A stretch of DNA of 64,000 bases, taken from Amphiscolops sp. MND2022. Lineage: Eukaryota. Position 1 is the stretch's first letter; each line of letters opens with the position of its first letter. The stretch spans positions 29,698,001-29,762,000 of the forward strand of contig OZ076417.1 of the NCBI GenBank assembly GCA_964187785.1. The letters are read 5' to 3'. This document shows, in pieces, positions 40,665 through 51,729 of this stretch. The position numbers were made by a program, and so were the translations under genes. The notes beneath the pieces are model-generated. The model saw only the letters and a program-made list of their open reading frames with translations. It did not search any database and was not told the DNA's origin.

Positions 40665-43600
40665 ACTTGGCTAGCGCAGCATAAAAACAGTTTTTTTTGA
40701 GCTCGTGATTACCTTTTTGTGATTCTGAAGAATGTTCCATCTCCGTTATAACCTCCCTTTCAAGTTTTATCTATCTTATGGTGCTTTTTTTGTACGGGTA
40801 AACTTCATAATTATCTTTTGAGAATTATCCATTCATTGTTGCTTTTTCACTACAAATACTCTTCAGGAAGCCCTTCTCATTCGATATGTTCGCAATTGGT
40901 TGGCGAAGATCGGAAAACATTGTTTTTTTTATTGGAAAAAGTCAATTTTTTGTTGGACCTCAAGTTTGATGACATCAAAATTGGTGTTTCTTCTGGTTTT
41001 TCCAGTTTTTTAGGGAGTTTTAACTCCAATTACTAGTTCATGGCGCTACTAGAGTGTACTGTTCCTTACTTGTCTAGCGCAGTTTGGAAAATGTGATTCT
41101 TTCGAGCTCGTGATTACATTTTTTTGTGTATCTGAAAAACGTTCAAACTCCGTCATAATCTCCCTTTCGAGTTTTATCTATCTCATGGTGCTTTTTTCCA
41201 TGCAAATACACTTCAGGAAGCCCTTTTGATTTGCTACGGTTGCGATTGGTGAGCAAAGGGTCAAAAAACGTTGTTTTGTTCTGTTGGAAAAACCTTGTTT
41301 TTCGTTGGACCTCAAGTTTGATTCGACTTTAATGTTGGTGTTTCTTTTGGTTCTCATGTTTCTTTGAGGAATTTTCACTGCAAATATTCATTTATAGCGC
41401 TACTAGAATGTACTGTTTTTTACTTGGCTAGCGCAGACTAAGAAATGGGTTTTTTTTGAGCTCTTGAAAACCTTTATGGTGTATCGGAAAAAATGTTCCT
41501 ACTTCGTTATAACATTTTTTTTCGGGTTTTATCTATCTCACGGTGCTTTTTATATGCATATACACTTCAGAAGCCCTTCTAATTTGCTACGATTTCGATT
41601 GCTGAGCGAAGAGTCAAAAAACGTTGTTTTTTCTGTTGAAAAATCTCGTTTTTCGTTGGACCTCAAGTTTGATCCCACGTTAATGTTGGTGTTTCTTTTG
41701 GTTTTTCATGTTTCTTTTTGAGGGATTTTCACTGCAATTTTTCATTTATAGCGCTACTACAATGTACTGTTTTTTACGTGGCTAGCGCAGACTAAGGTAT
41801 GTGTTTTTTGAGCTCTTGATTACATTTTTGGTGTATCTGGAAAATGTTACTACTTCGTTATAACCTTTTTTTCGGGTTTTATCTATCTCACGGTGCTTTT
41901 TAAATGCAAATGCACTTCAGGAAGCCCTTTTGATTGGATACGATCGCAATTGGTGAACGAGGAGTCAAAACGTTTTTGTGTTGGAAAATCCTTGTTTTTT
42001 GTTGGACCACAAGTTCGATCAGACTTTAATGTTGGTGTTTCTTTGGGTTTTCATGCTTTTTTTGAGGCATTTTCATTACAATTCCTCGTTTATCGCGCTA
42101 CTAGAGTGTACTGTTTTTTACTTGGCTAGCGCAGCATAAAAACCGTTTTTTTGAGCTCGTGATTACCTTTTTGTGATTCTGAAAAATGTTCCATCTCAGT
42201 TATAACCTCTCTTTCAAGTTTTATCTATCTTATGGTGCTTTTTCATACAGATAAACTTCATGATTATCTTTCAAGGATTATCCATTTATCGGTGCTTTTT
42301 CACTACAAATACCCTTCTGGAAGCCCTTCTCAGTCGATACGTTCGCAATTGGTTGGCGAAGATCGGAAAACATTGTTTTTTTGATTGAAAAAACTCACTT
42401 TTTCGTTGGACCTCAAGTTTGATCCGACTTTAATGCTGGTGTTTCTTTTGGTTCTCATGTTTCTTTGGGGGATTTTTACTGTAATTATTCGTTTATAGCG
42501 CGACTAGAGTGTGCTGTTTCCTTTTTTGACTAGCGCAGACTAAGAAATGGTTTTTTTGATCTCTTGATTACATTTTTGGTGTTTCGGAAAAAAATGTTCC
42601 AATTTCTTTATAGCCTCCCTTTCAAGTTTTATCCATATCATGGTAATTTTTTTCATGCAAATACACTTCAAGAAGCCCTTCTGATTTGGAACGGTCGCGA
42701 TTAGTGAACGAAGAGTCGGAAACGTTGTTTTTTTTATTCGAAAAACCTTGTTTTTCGTTGGACCTCAAGTTTGACCAGACTTTAATGTTGGTGTTTCTTT
42801 TGGTTCTCATGTTTCTTTGAGAGATTTCCACTGTATTTTTTCATTTATATAGCGCTACTAGAATGTACTGTTTTTTACTTGGCTAGCGCAGACTAAGAAA
42901 TGGGTTTTTTCGAGCTCTTGATTACCTTTTTGGTGTATCGGAAAAATGTTCCTACTTCGTTATAACATTTTTTTCGGGTTTTATCTCTCTCACGGTGCTT
43001 TTTAAATGTAAATACACTTCAGGAAGCCCTTCTACTTTGCTACGATTTCGATTGCTGAGCGAAGAGTCAAAAAACGTTGTTTTTTGTTGGAATAACCTTG
43101 TTTTTCGTTGGACCTCAAGTTTGATTCGACTTTAATGTTGGTGTTTCTTTTGGTTCTCATGTTTATTTGAGGGATTTTCACTGCAATTATTCATTTATAG
43201 CGCTACTAGAATGTACTGTTTTTTACTTGGCTAGCGCAGACTAAGAAATGGGTTTTTTCGCGCTCTTGATTACCTTTTTGGTGTATCGGAAAAATGTTCC
43301 TACTTCGTTATAACATTTTTTTCGGGTTTTATCTCTCTCACGGTGCTTTTTAAATGTAAATACACTTCAGGAAGCCCTTTTACTTTGCTACGATTTCGAT
43401 TGCTGAGCGAAGAGTCAAAAAACGTTGTTTTTTTGTTGGAATAACCTTGTTTTTCGTTGGACCTCAAGTTTGATTCGACTTTAATGTTGGTGTTTCTTTT
43501 GGTTCTCATGTTTCTTTGAGCGATTTTTACTGCAATTATTCGTTTATAGCGCAACTAGAGTGTACTGTTTCCTTTATTGACTAGCGCAGACTAAGAAATG

Positions 43601-46600
43601 GTTTTTTTGATCTCTTGATTACAATTTTGGTGTTTCGGAAAAAATTTTTCCAACTTCTTTATAACCTCCCTTTCAAGTTTTATCCATATCATGGTAATTT
43701 TTTTCATGCAAATACACTTCAAGAAGCCCTTCTGATTTGGAACGGTCGCGATTAGTGAACGAAGAGTCGGAAACGTTGTTTTTTTTATTCGAAAAACCTT
43801 GTTTTTCGTTGGACCTCAAGTTTGACCAGACTTTAATGTTGGTGTTTCTTTTGGTTCTCATGTTTCTTTGAGAGATTTTTACTGTATTTTTTCATTTATA
43901 TAGCGCTACTAGAATGTACTGTTTTTTACTTGGCTAGCGCAGACTAGGAAATGGGTTTTTTCGCGCTCTTGATTACCTTTTTGGTGTATCGGAAAAATGT
44001 TCCTACTTCGTTAAAACATTTTTTTTCGGGTTTTATCTCTCTCACGGTGCTTTTTAAATGTAAATACACTTCAGGAAGCCCTTCTACTTTGCTACGATTT
44101 CGATTGCTGAGCTAAGAGTCAAAAAACGTTGTTTTTTTGTTGGAATAACCTTGTTTTTCGTTGGACCTCAAGTTTGATTCGACTTTAATGTTGGTGTTTC
44201 TTTTGGTTCTCATGTTTCTTTGAGCGATTTTTTACTGCAAATATTCGTTTATAGCGCAACTAGAGTGTACTGTTTCCTTTATTGACTAGCGCAGACTAAG
44301 AATTGGGTTTTTTGAGCTCTTGATTACATTTTTGGTGTATCGGAAAAAATGTTCCAACTCCTTTATAACCTCCCTTTCAAGTTTTATCCATATCACGGTG
44401 TTTTTTTCATGGAAATACACTTCAGAAAGCCCTTCTGATTTGGAACGGTCGCGATTGGTGAGCGAAGACTCGGAAATATTTTTTTTTCGAAAAACCTTGT
44501 TTTTCGTTGGACCAAGTTTGATCCGACCTAAATGTTGGTGTTTCTTCGGGTTTTCTAGTTTCTTTGGGGGGTTCTCAGTGTAGTTACTCGTTTATCGCGC
44601 TACTAGAATGTATCTAACTCACAATACTTTTTCACTATAAATACCCTCCCGGAAGCCTTTCTTATTCGATACGTTCGCAATTGGTTAGCGAAGACTCGAA
44701 AACAATGTTTTTTGTTGGAAAAACCGTATTCTTCATGGCACCTCAAGTTTGATCCGACTCTAATGTTGGTGCTTCTTCGTGTTTTCATGTTTCTTTTTTC
44801 ACTACAATTCCTCGTTTATCGCGCTACCAGAGTGTACTGTTTCTTACTTGGCTAGCGCAGACCAAAAGCTGTTTTTTTGAGCTCGTGATTACCTTTTTGT
44901 GATTCTGAAAAATATTCCATCTCTGTTTCAACCTCCCTTTCAAGTTTTATTTATTTTATGGTGCTTTTTTATGCAAAAAAACTTCAGGAAGCCCTTCTTA
45001 TTTGATACGGTAGCAATTGAATAGCGAAGAATGGCAAATATTGTTTTCTTTTTAAATGGAAAAACCTTGTTTTTCTTTGGACCTCAAGTTTAGTCTGACT
45101 TAAATATTTGTGTTTGTTTGGGTTTTCATGTTTCTTTAAGGGATTTTCACTGCAATTACTCGTTGATATCGCTATTAGAGTGTACTGTTTCTCAATTGTC
45201 TAGCGTAGAATAAAAACTGCGATTTTTACATCTCGTGATTTCATTTTTGGTGTATCTGGAAAACGTTACTACTTCGTTATAACCTATTTTTCAAGTTTTA
45301 TCTATCTCACAGTGCTTTTTTTCATGCAAATACACTTCAGGAAGCCCTTCCGATTTGCTACGGTCGCGATTGGTGAGCGAAGAGTCAAAAACGAGGTTTT
45401 TGCAACAAAAAAAAACATTGTTTTTCGTTGGACCTCATGTTTGATCCGATTTCAATGTTGGAGTTTGTTTGAGTTTTTATGTTTTTTGAGGGATTTCCAC
45501 TGCACTTACTCGTTGATATCGCTACTAGAATGTACTGTTTTTTATTTGTCTAGCGCAGAATAATAAATGCAATTTTTTCAGCTCGTGATAACATTTCTGG
45601 TGGATCTGAAAAGTGTTCCAACTTCGTTGTAACCTTTCTTTTAACCTTTCTATCTCACGGTGCTTTTTTCTTTGCAAATACACTTCAGGAAGCCCTTCTG
45701 ATTTGCTACGGTCGCGATTGGTGAGCGAAGAGTCAGAAACAATGTTTTTTTTTGTTGCAAAAACCTCGTTTTTTGTTGGACCTCATGTTTGATCAGACGG
45801 CAATGTTGGTGTTTCTTTTGCTTCTCATGTGTTTTGAGGGATTTTTACTGCAATTATTCGCTTATAGCGCTACTAGAGTGTACTGCTTCTTACCTGGCAA
45901 ACGCAGACTAAGAAATGGGTTTTTTTGAGCTCTTGATTACATTTTTGGTGTATCTGAAAAAAATTTCCAACTTCATTGTAACCTTTGTTTCAAATTTTAT
46001 CCATATCACTGTGGTTTTTTTCTTCGCAAATACACTTCGGGAAGCCCTTCTGATTTGCTACGGTCAGAATGGGTGAGCGAAGAGTCAAAATTGTTGTTTT
46101 TTCTGTTGGACGAACCTTGTTTTCCGTTGGACCTCAAGTTTGGTCCGACTTTAAAGTTGGTGTTTCTTTTGGTTCTCATGTTTCTGTGAGGGATTTTCAC
46201 TGCAATTATTCATTTATAGCGCTACTAGAATGTACTGTTTTTTAATTGGCTAGCGCAGACTAAGAAATGTTTTTTTTGAGCTCTTGATTACCTTTATGGT
46301 GTATCGGAAAAAATGTTCCTACTTCGTTATAACATTTTTTCGGGTTTTATCTATCTCACGGTGCTTTTTATATGCATATACACTTCAGAAGCCCTCCTAA
46401 TTTGCTATGATTTCGATTGCTGAGCGAAGAGTCAAAAAACGTTGTTTTTTCTGTTGGAAAAACCTTGTTTTCCGTTGGACCTCAAGTTTGATCCGACTTT
46501 AATTTTGGTGTTTCTTTCGGTTCTCATGTTTCTTTGAGGGATTTTCACTGCAATTATTCATTTATAGCGCTACTAGAATGTACTGTTTTTCACATGGCTA

Positions 46601-47450
46601 GCGCAGACTAAGAAATGTGTTTTTTTGAGATCTTGATTACCTTTATGGTGTATCGGAAAAAATGTTCCTACTTCGTTATAACATTTTTTTTCGGGTTTTA
46701 TCTATCTCAGGGTGCTTTTTAAATGCATATACACTTCAGAAGCCCTTCTAATTTGCTACGATTTCGATTGCTGAGCGAAGAGTCAAAAAACGTTTTTTTT
46801 CTGTTGGAAAAACCTTGTTTTTCGTTGGACCTCAAGTTTGATTCGACTTTATTGTTGGTGTTTCTTTTGGTTCTCATGTTTCTTTGAGCGAATTTCACTG
46901 CAATCATTCATTTATAGCGCTACTAGAATGTACTGTTTTTCACATGGCTAGCGCAGACTAAGAAATGTGTTTTTTTTTGAGATCTTGATTACCTTTATGG
47001 TGTATCGGAAAAAATGTTCCTACTTCTTTATAACATTTTTTTCGGGTTTTATCTATCTCACGGTGCTTTTTATATGCATATACACTTCAGAAGCCCTCCT
47101 ATTTTGCTATGATTTCGATTGCTGAGCGAAGAGTCAAAAAACGTTGTTTTTTCTGTTGGAAAAACCTTGTTTTCCGTTGGACCTCAAGTTTGATCCGACT
47201 TTAATATTGGTGTTTCTTTCGGTTCTCATGTTTCTTTGAGCGATTTTTACTGCAATTATTCGTTTATAGCGCAACTAGAGTGTACTGTTTCCTTTATTGA
47301 CAAGCGCAGACTAAGAAATGGGTTTTTTGAGCTCTTGATTACATTTTTGGTGTATCGGAAAAATTGTTCCTTTTTCGTTATAACATTTTTTCAAGTTTTA
47401 TCCATCTCATGGTTCTTTTTTCACTGCAAATACCTTTCAGGAAGCCGTAT
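40665..47450. repeat. Tandem satellite, ~20 monomers of ~350 bp (some ~400 bp or truncated)
   Basis: The anchor ctagcgcag recurs at ~40671, 41074, 41428, 41783, 42126, 42530, 42883, 43231, 43581, 43933, 44287, 44853, 45200, 45549, 45898, 46250, 46598, 46949 and 47301; gttggacctcaagtttga is conserved in each unit. Confidence 0.95.
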
Positions 47451-49012
47451 GTAGCCCTGTCAGAGTTGACCACTTCTCAATTGGCCAGCGACGACTGAAG
47501 AATGGGACTTTATTACATAACTTTATTTGATATTTTCAGTGTTTTTTTACATTATTTCAAGTGGTATTTTTAATTTTAATTTTCCTTTTTTGCAGCCGTT
47601 TTAGAGAAAAGGTTTGAGTGAGAAACAGTTTGAGGTTTGAGAAACAAAAATTATTCGATAGAATAGCGTCTAAAATCACCGTATTTTGGTAGAATAAGAT
47701 CTAAAAACACTATTGCACTAGAGTAACGTCTAAAATAACTTTTTTGAGAGAGATGGGATCATTTTGTTGCGAAAGGCTGAGGTTGAGAGTATGGAAATGG
47801 TATCATTCATCGCTCGAATGAATTTTTCTGATTAATAGGTTAGGAGCGACTTTTTTTCCAGAATTTCCTTTGGTGGAACAATGCAAATTTTGTAAGAGTT
47901 TTGTAAGATTTATGCATTTTTTGTACCATTTTCAGCTGAAAATCGCAAATTTTGCAAGAATCTTGTAAGAGTTAGTGTCAAATAATGCATTTTCTTACAA
48001 GAGTTTTTGTAAGAATTTTGCAAAAGATGTGAATTTTTTCAACTAGGGTATAAACGAGATTTGTTTAAAAGGAGGTTTGTAACTAATTTAGTTTTCATTT
48101 TGTTTGCTCTTATTATCGAATTCAGCAGTTGTACAACCAACGAACACAAAACTATGGAATCTGTCACAGTCCGCTCCCGGACTGGATTGCGGATGCAGGA
48201 GAGTTGGTTTTGGGCGCGGACATGGGTGCACCGCAAGACTCACGAAAAGGTATTTTGGCTATTAACTCAAACTCTAACTAAATTTAAATAAACTGTGACT
48301 TGAAACGCAATAATACTTTTGTCTAGCAAAGTCCCAAATAAACTAGTGAACGCATTCTAGATTTTTATGCTCTCGCAAAATTGGATGAAATAATACCGGA
48401 AATGTAAAATACACGTTTACCGCGCGCAAATTTGAGCGGAAATGAAATAAGGAAGCAAAATAATCCAAAAATGATTTCACGCATGTTTGTCTGGACGAGT
48501 CAACCACGACAAATGAAACATTCACAACCTGAAAATTAGAATAAAACTACCCCAAGATAAAAGGGACCATAAGCTAATCTAAATGGAAATACATCAAAAC
48601 TAATCCCGAAAAATTACATTTCATTTGGACCTAAAACAGGAAATTACAGGGAAACAACACACCGTGGTAGTTAAGCCTTTTCTTAGAAAGACAGCTTAAT
48701 TACTCTTTTGAACAGCAATTAAAGCGATTTAGGACGTCAATACTGCGCTGAGTAAACAATGCGGCGAAAGAAACGAGAGTACATGTATATTTGTCGTCAA
48801 TAAGACGCAGACAAGTTTGAAAGCATACCAATTGACGTCACTGCCTCGCATACGCGTACCAGAAAATCATTCCAATTATCCGCCTATACTGATAGCATTG
48901 CTAGAAATCATTCCAATTTACCGCCAGTGTGACGTCACTGCTCCGGTAGCTAGCGAGAGACTCATTTCTAAAATACTCGTCAGCATTGCGTCAAACTAGT
49001 CAAAATCTCTAT

Positions 49013-49110
49013 TCTGCCAAGAAAACTCGTCAACATGACGTTGACAAGTTTATGAAATTCAACTCTGCCAAGAAAACTCGTCAACATGACGTTGACAAGT
49101 TTATGAAATT
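49013..49110. repeat. 51-bp tandem duplication in LTR U3, each copy with the hairpin GTCAAC-atgac-GTTGAC
   Basis: tctgccaagaaaactcgtcaacatgacgttgacaagtttatgaaatt occurs at 49013 and 49064; the same duplication is in the 3' LTR (~62870-62965). Confidence 0.9.
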
Positions 49111-50088
49111 GAATAAAATGGATGAATTTGCTGAATTTAGTCAAGTTTTCATCGCATAAGTGCCGTTATTTTATAAGAAAGGGAAATTGCAGGCTGTTGC
49201 AAATCGTATAATGAACGTATTGCTGATTTTTACATGGTTTAAGGTCTTAATTTAGAATGCATTTTGATACAAGTGGAATAATTTAACCTCATGTTAAGCA
49301 ACTATCGTGTACTCTTAACAATAAGGGAATCTCCGTGCATAAACCATCTTATTACAAGATTCCACAGTAGATTAATTAGGAAGTCACAGTTTATTCTCCC
49401 CAACTAGAAGCTTATTATGTACCAGAAATGTATTTTTCATATACTTTGCATTTTTGTACTCCACAACATTGAGCGCTGTATTTGTGATTGTGTTCATGTT
49501 TTCTTATATCAATGCGACCAGTTGCTGCCCAGTTATACACGTTGTGTTGATGTTGCTATTTAACAAACGTTGCTGTTAATTTTATAAATCTTGTCGCATT
49601 TGACACGACTCGACAATGTTGCTAACAAATATTATTTTTATATCACAATTTTATTCTCACTTTCAGCAAAAGCTTGGGTCCAAATTCATAAAATATCGTC
49701 CTAGCATCGTTCAAATATTCCCATTTTGGAATTAGTCATAGCATTTTTGTCAAAGCGAAATTCAAAATCAGGTATTTTTTGTTCACGTCAGCGTCATCTC
49801 AGCGTCAATTTCCCGCGAACCAAAGCAGTAAAACAGGGAATCATTTCCGGTTTGACAGACTGAAGTAATATCTACTTCCTGCTTGGGAGGAAGCAAAAGG
49901 ACGCCGAGATGAAATGATATGATCAAACTTGATGACTAATACTGAATGAAGAACATCGTGTCTCAAAAATTGACGAAATGTCGACGTAAAATTGGGAACA
50001 AAATGATTTTTTCATCGAAAATACAGGAAATGACTAATTGTTCAAAGAAAATTAGGGCTTTGTTCGTGATCAAATGATGCTGGGAGGG

Positions 50089-50127
50089 TATAAATATGAT
50101 AGGATTTGATGATTAAGGGACTCAGTC
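50089..50127 (+). promoter_or_regulatory. Putative LTR core promoter: TATAAA plus TCAGTC initiator
   Basis: TATAAA at 50089-50094 and TCAGTC at 50122-50127, ~120 nt upstream of the gag ATG; both are also present in the 3' LTR. Confidence 0.5.
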
Positions 50128-50242
50128 TTTTGTAATTGCATGATTCAGTTGAATTTTCAATTCTACTCTCTCAACTTGTTCTACTTTGTCAGAAAATTCT
50201 TCGAAAGAAATTCAATTCTTCGAGATCAAACTTTTCTACAAA

Positions 50243-51679
50243 ATGTCAACAACAAGAAGCCAAAAAAGAAAGAACGATCAGCAAAGCACCGATGAGAACG
50301 TAAGTGAAGGCTTGATTTCACCTATAGTAGTAAGGGATTCTTGTCCTTTGAATCAGGATGATGAAGTAGCTGGGCCTTCTAGACCCAAATCCCCCCGGAT
50401 TGAGAATAGTTTTCTTGAAAGCTTGAGAGCTTCATTGAAGGAAGAAATAACGTCAGAAATTAAGAATCTTCTTATTGAATCTCAGAAGGAGATGTTGAAA
50501 CTCCTTAAGCCTGAAACAAAAGGGGTTATTAGAGAAAATATTGAAGAAGTAGAAGAGGAAACTAGAAGTTTTTACACTCCCACAAAATCAGTGAGAATAA
50601 GTTCTACTCAAAACGACCCGATGATATGTCGTAACATGGTGACAGGAGTCCTAACCGACTCCACAAACCAGCCAAAAAGAACAAAAGCCAGGTCTCAAAG
50701 TCAGCCGCCGTCAAAAGAACGTCCAGTAGCGGCAAGGACTCTATTTGCAACAGATAAAAACGATAGTACTACACTACCCATGCCCAAAGCACTCACGGCG
50801 TCACTCCCGACCTTCGACCGGAAGTCGGAAAAATTTGAACTATTCGAAGACCTTTTCCGGAACAACATAAAAATGTACCCACACCTTACTGAAATCCAGA
50901 AAATAAACTACTTCCACTCCCTCCTCAGGGGAGATGCCTTACAAGCATTTTGCAATATCGAAGATACGAAAAAAGATTCACTCGATGAGATCATGACAAT
51001 TTTCAAACGACGCTTTGGAGAATATTTGTCTATGGCCAAGGCAAGATGCGAATGGGACGCGCTCAAATTCGACCCCTCGAACCAGAAACTCCACGAATTT
51101 CTGGACATACTTCAAAAAACTGCCAAGGAAGCTTTTGGCTCTGAAGCCCAACAATTTATTGATAAAGCGATCTATGCAAAGATGCCAGACCACGTCAAGA
51201 AAATACTAAACAGGGCATACCTCGAGGATAAACCCTATAATGATATCGTACTCCACCTCGAACGCGAAATGAGACTTAACGGCTTAGGAGCGCCGGATGA
51301 GGTAACCCTAGTACCGCTAAACAAGGCAGAACCAGCCCCAGCAAAAACTGAGCCCAAACAAGTCGACAACACAACACAAAATGTCAAAAAAGGATATTGC
51401 TTCTACTGCAACAAATTCGGACACTATAAGGCAGAATGCAGAAAAATGAAAAGAGACAAATGGATGCAAACCAGGAAAAACAATGGTCAAACTAACTCTA
51501 GTGTAGGCAAATCGCTCGAATGCGAAACATGCGGCAAACCCCACAAAACGGAAGATTGTTGGAACGGAGCCAATTCTGCCAATGATCCACGACCTAAGCG
51601 TCACAACAATCCAGAATCAAAAAAGGACGTTCCCGTCCAACAAACGAAGGACAATGGTGCCACTGAGTCAAAAAACTAA
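50243..51679 (+). CDS. gag: Gag (478 aa from ATG 50243) with two Zn knuckles
   Basis: Open frame; CFYCNKFGHYKAEC (CX2CX4HX4C) and CETCGKPHKTEDC (CX2CX3HX4C); capsid-like LRGDALQAF..IFKRRFG region. Confidence 0.92.
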   Translation: MSTTRSQKRKNDQQSTDENVSEGLISPIVVRDSCPLNQDDEVAGPSRPKSPRIENSFLESLRASLKEEITSEIKNLLIESQKEMLKLLKPETKGVIRENIEEVEEETRSFYTPTKSVRISSTQNDPMICRNMVTGVLTDSTNQPKRTKARSQSQPPSKERPVAARTLFATDKNDSTTLPMPKALTASLPTFDRKSEKFELFEDLFRNNIKMYPHLTEIQKINYFHSLLRGDALQAFCNIEDTKKDSLDEIMTIFKRRFGEYLSMAKARCEWDALKFDPSNQKLHEFLDILQKTAKEAFGSEAQQFIDKAIYAKMPDHVKKILNRAYLEDKPYNDIVLHLEREMRLNGLGAPDEVTLVPLNKAEPAPAKTEPKQVDNTTQNVKKGYCFYCNKFGHYKAECRKMKRDKWMQTRKNNGQTNSSVGKSLECETCGKPHKTEDCWNGANSANDPRPKRHNNPESKKDVPVQQTKDNGATESKN

Positions 51680-51725
51680 TTACGCCGCGCCTGCGCTTCG
51701 GGGAAACAGTAGACGCGAGGGCGTA
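51670..51725 (+). promoter_or_regulatory. Putative -1 programmed ribosomal frameshift signal
   Basis: Slippery heptamer A-AAA-AAC (51670-51676) immediately before the gag TAA, then a GC stem TACGCC..GGCGTA (51681-51725). The pol frame is -1 and open back to 51667. Confidence 0.75.
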
Positions 51726-51729
51726 TTCA

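Larger units (their letters stand above)
39962..48048. mobile_element. 8.1-kb non-autonomous CACTA-like element enclosing a satellite array
   Basis: TA|ccctagtt....aatcaca..ttttgcaaaatt at left; aattttgcaaaagatgtgaattttttcaactaggg|TA at right; subterminal tcttacaaga/tcttgtaaga repeats at 40000-40160 and 47890-48020. Confidence 0.75.
48162..50140 (+). repeat. 5' LTR (at least 1.98 kb; true 3' end not determinable)
   Basis: Colinear with 62015-64000 up to the window end. Confidence 0.92.

Noticed and set aside
40665-47450. Repeated small ORFs (MRTKRNTNIK...) and a CRISPR-like appearance
   Set aside because: These are by-products of a 350-bp satellite; there are no unique spacers, no cas genes, and the context is eukaryotic.
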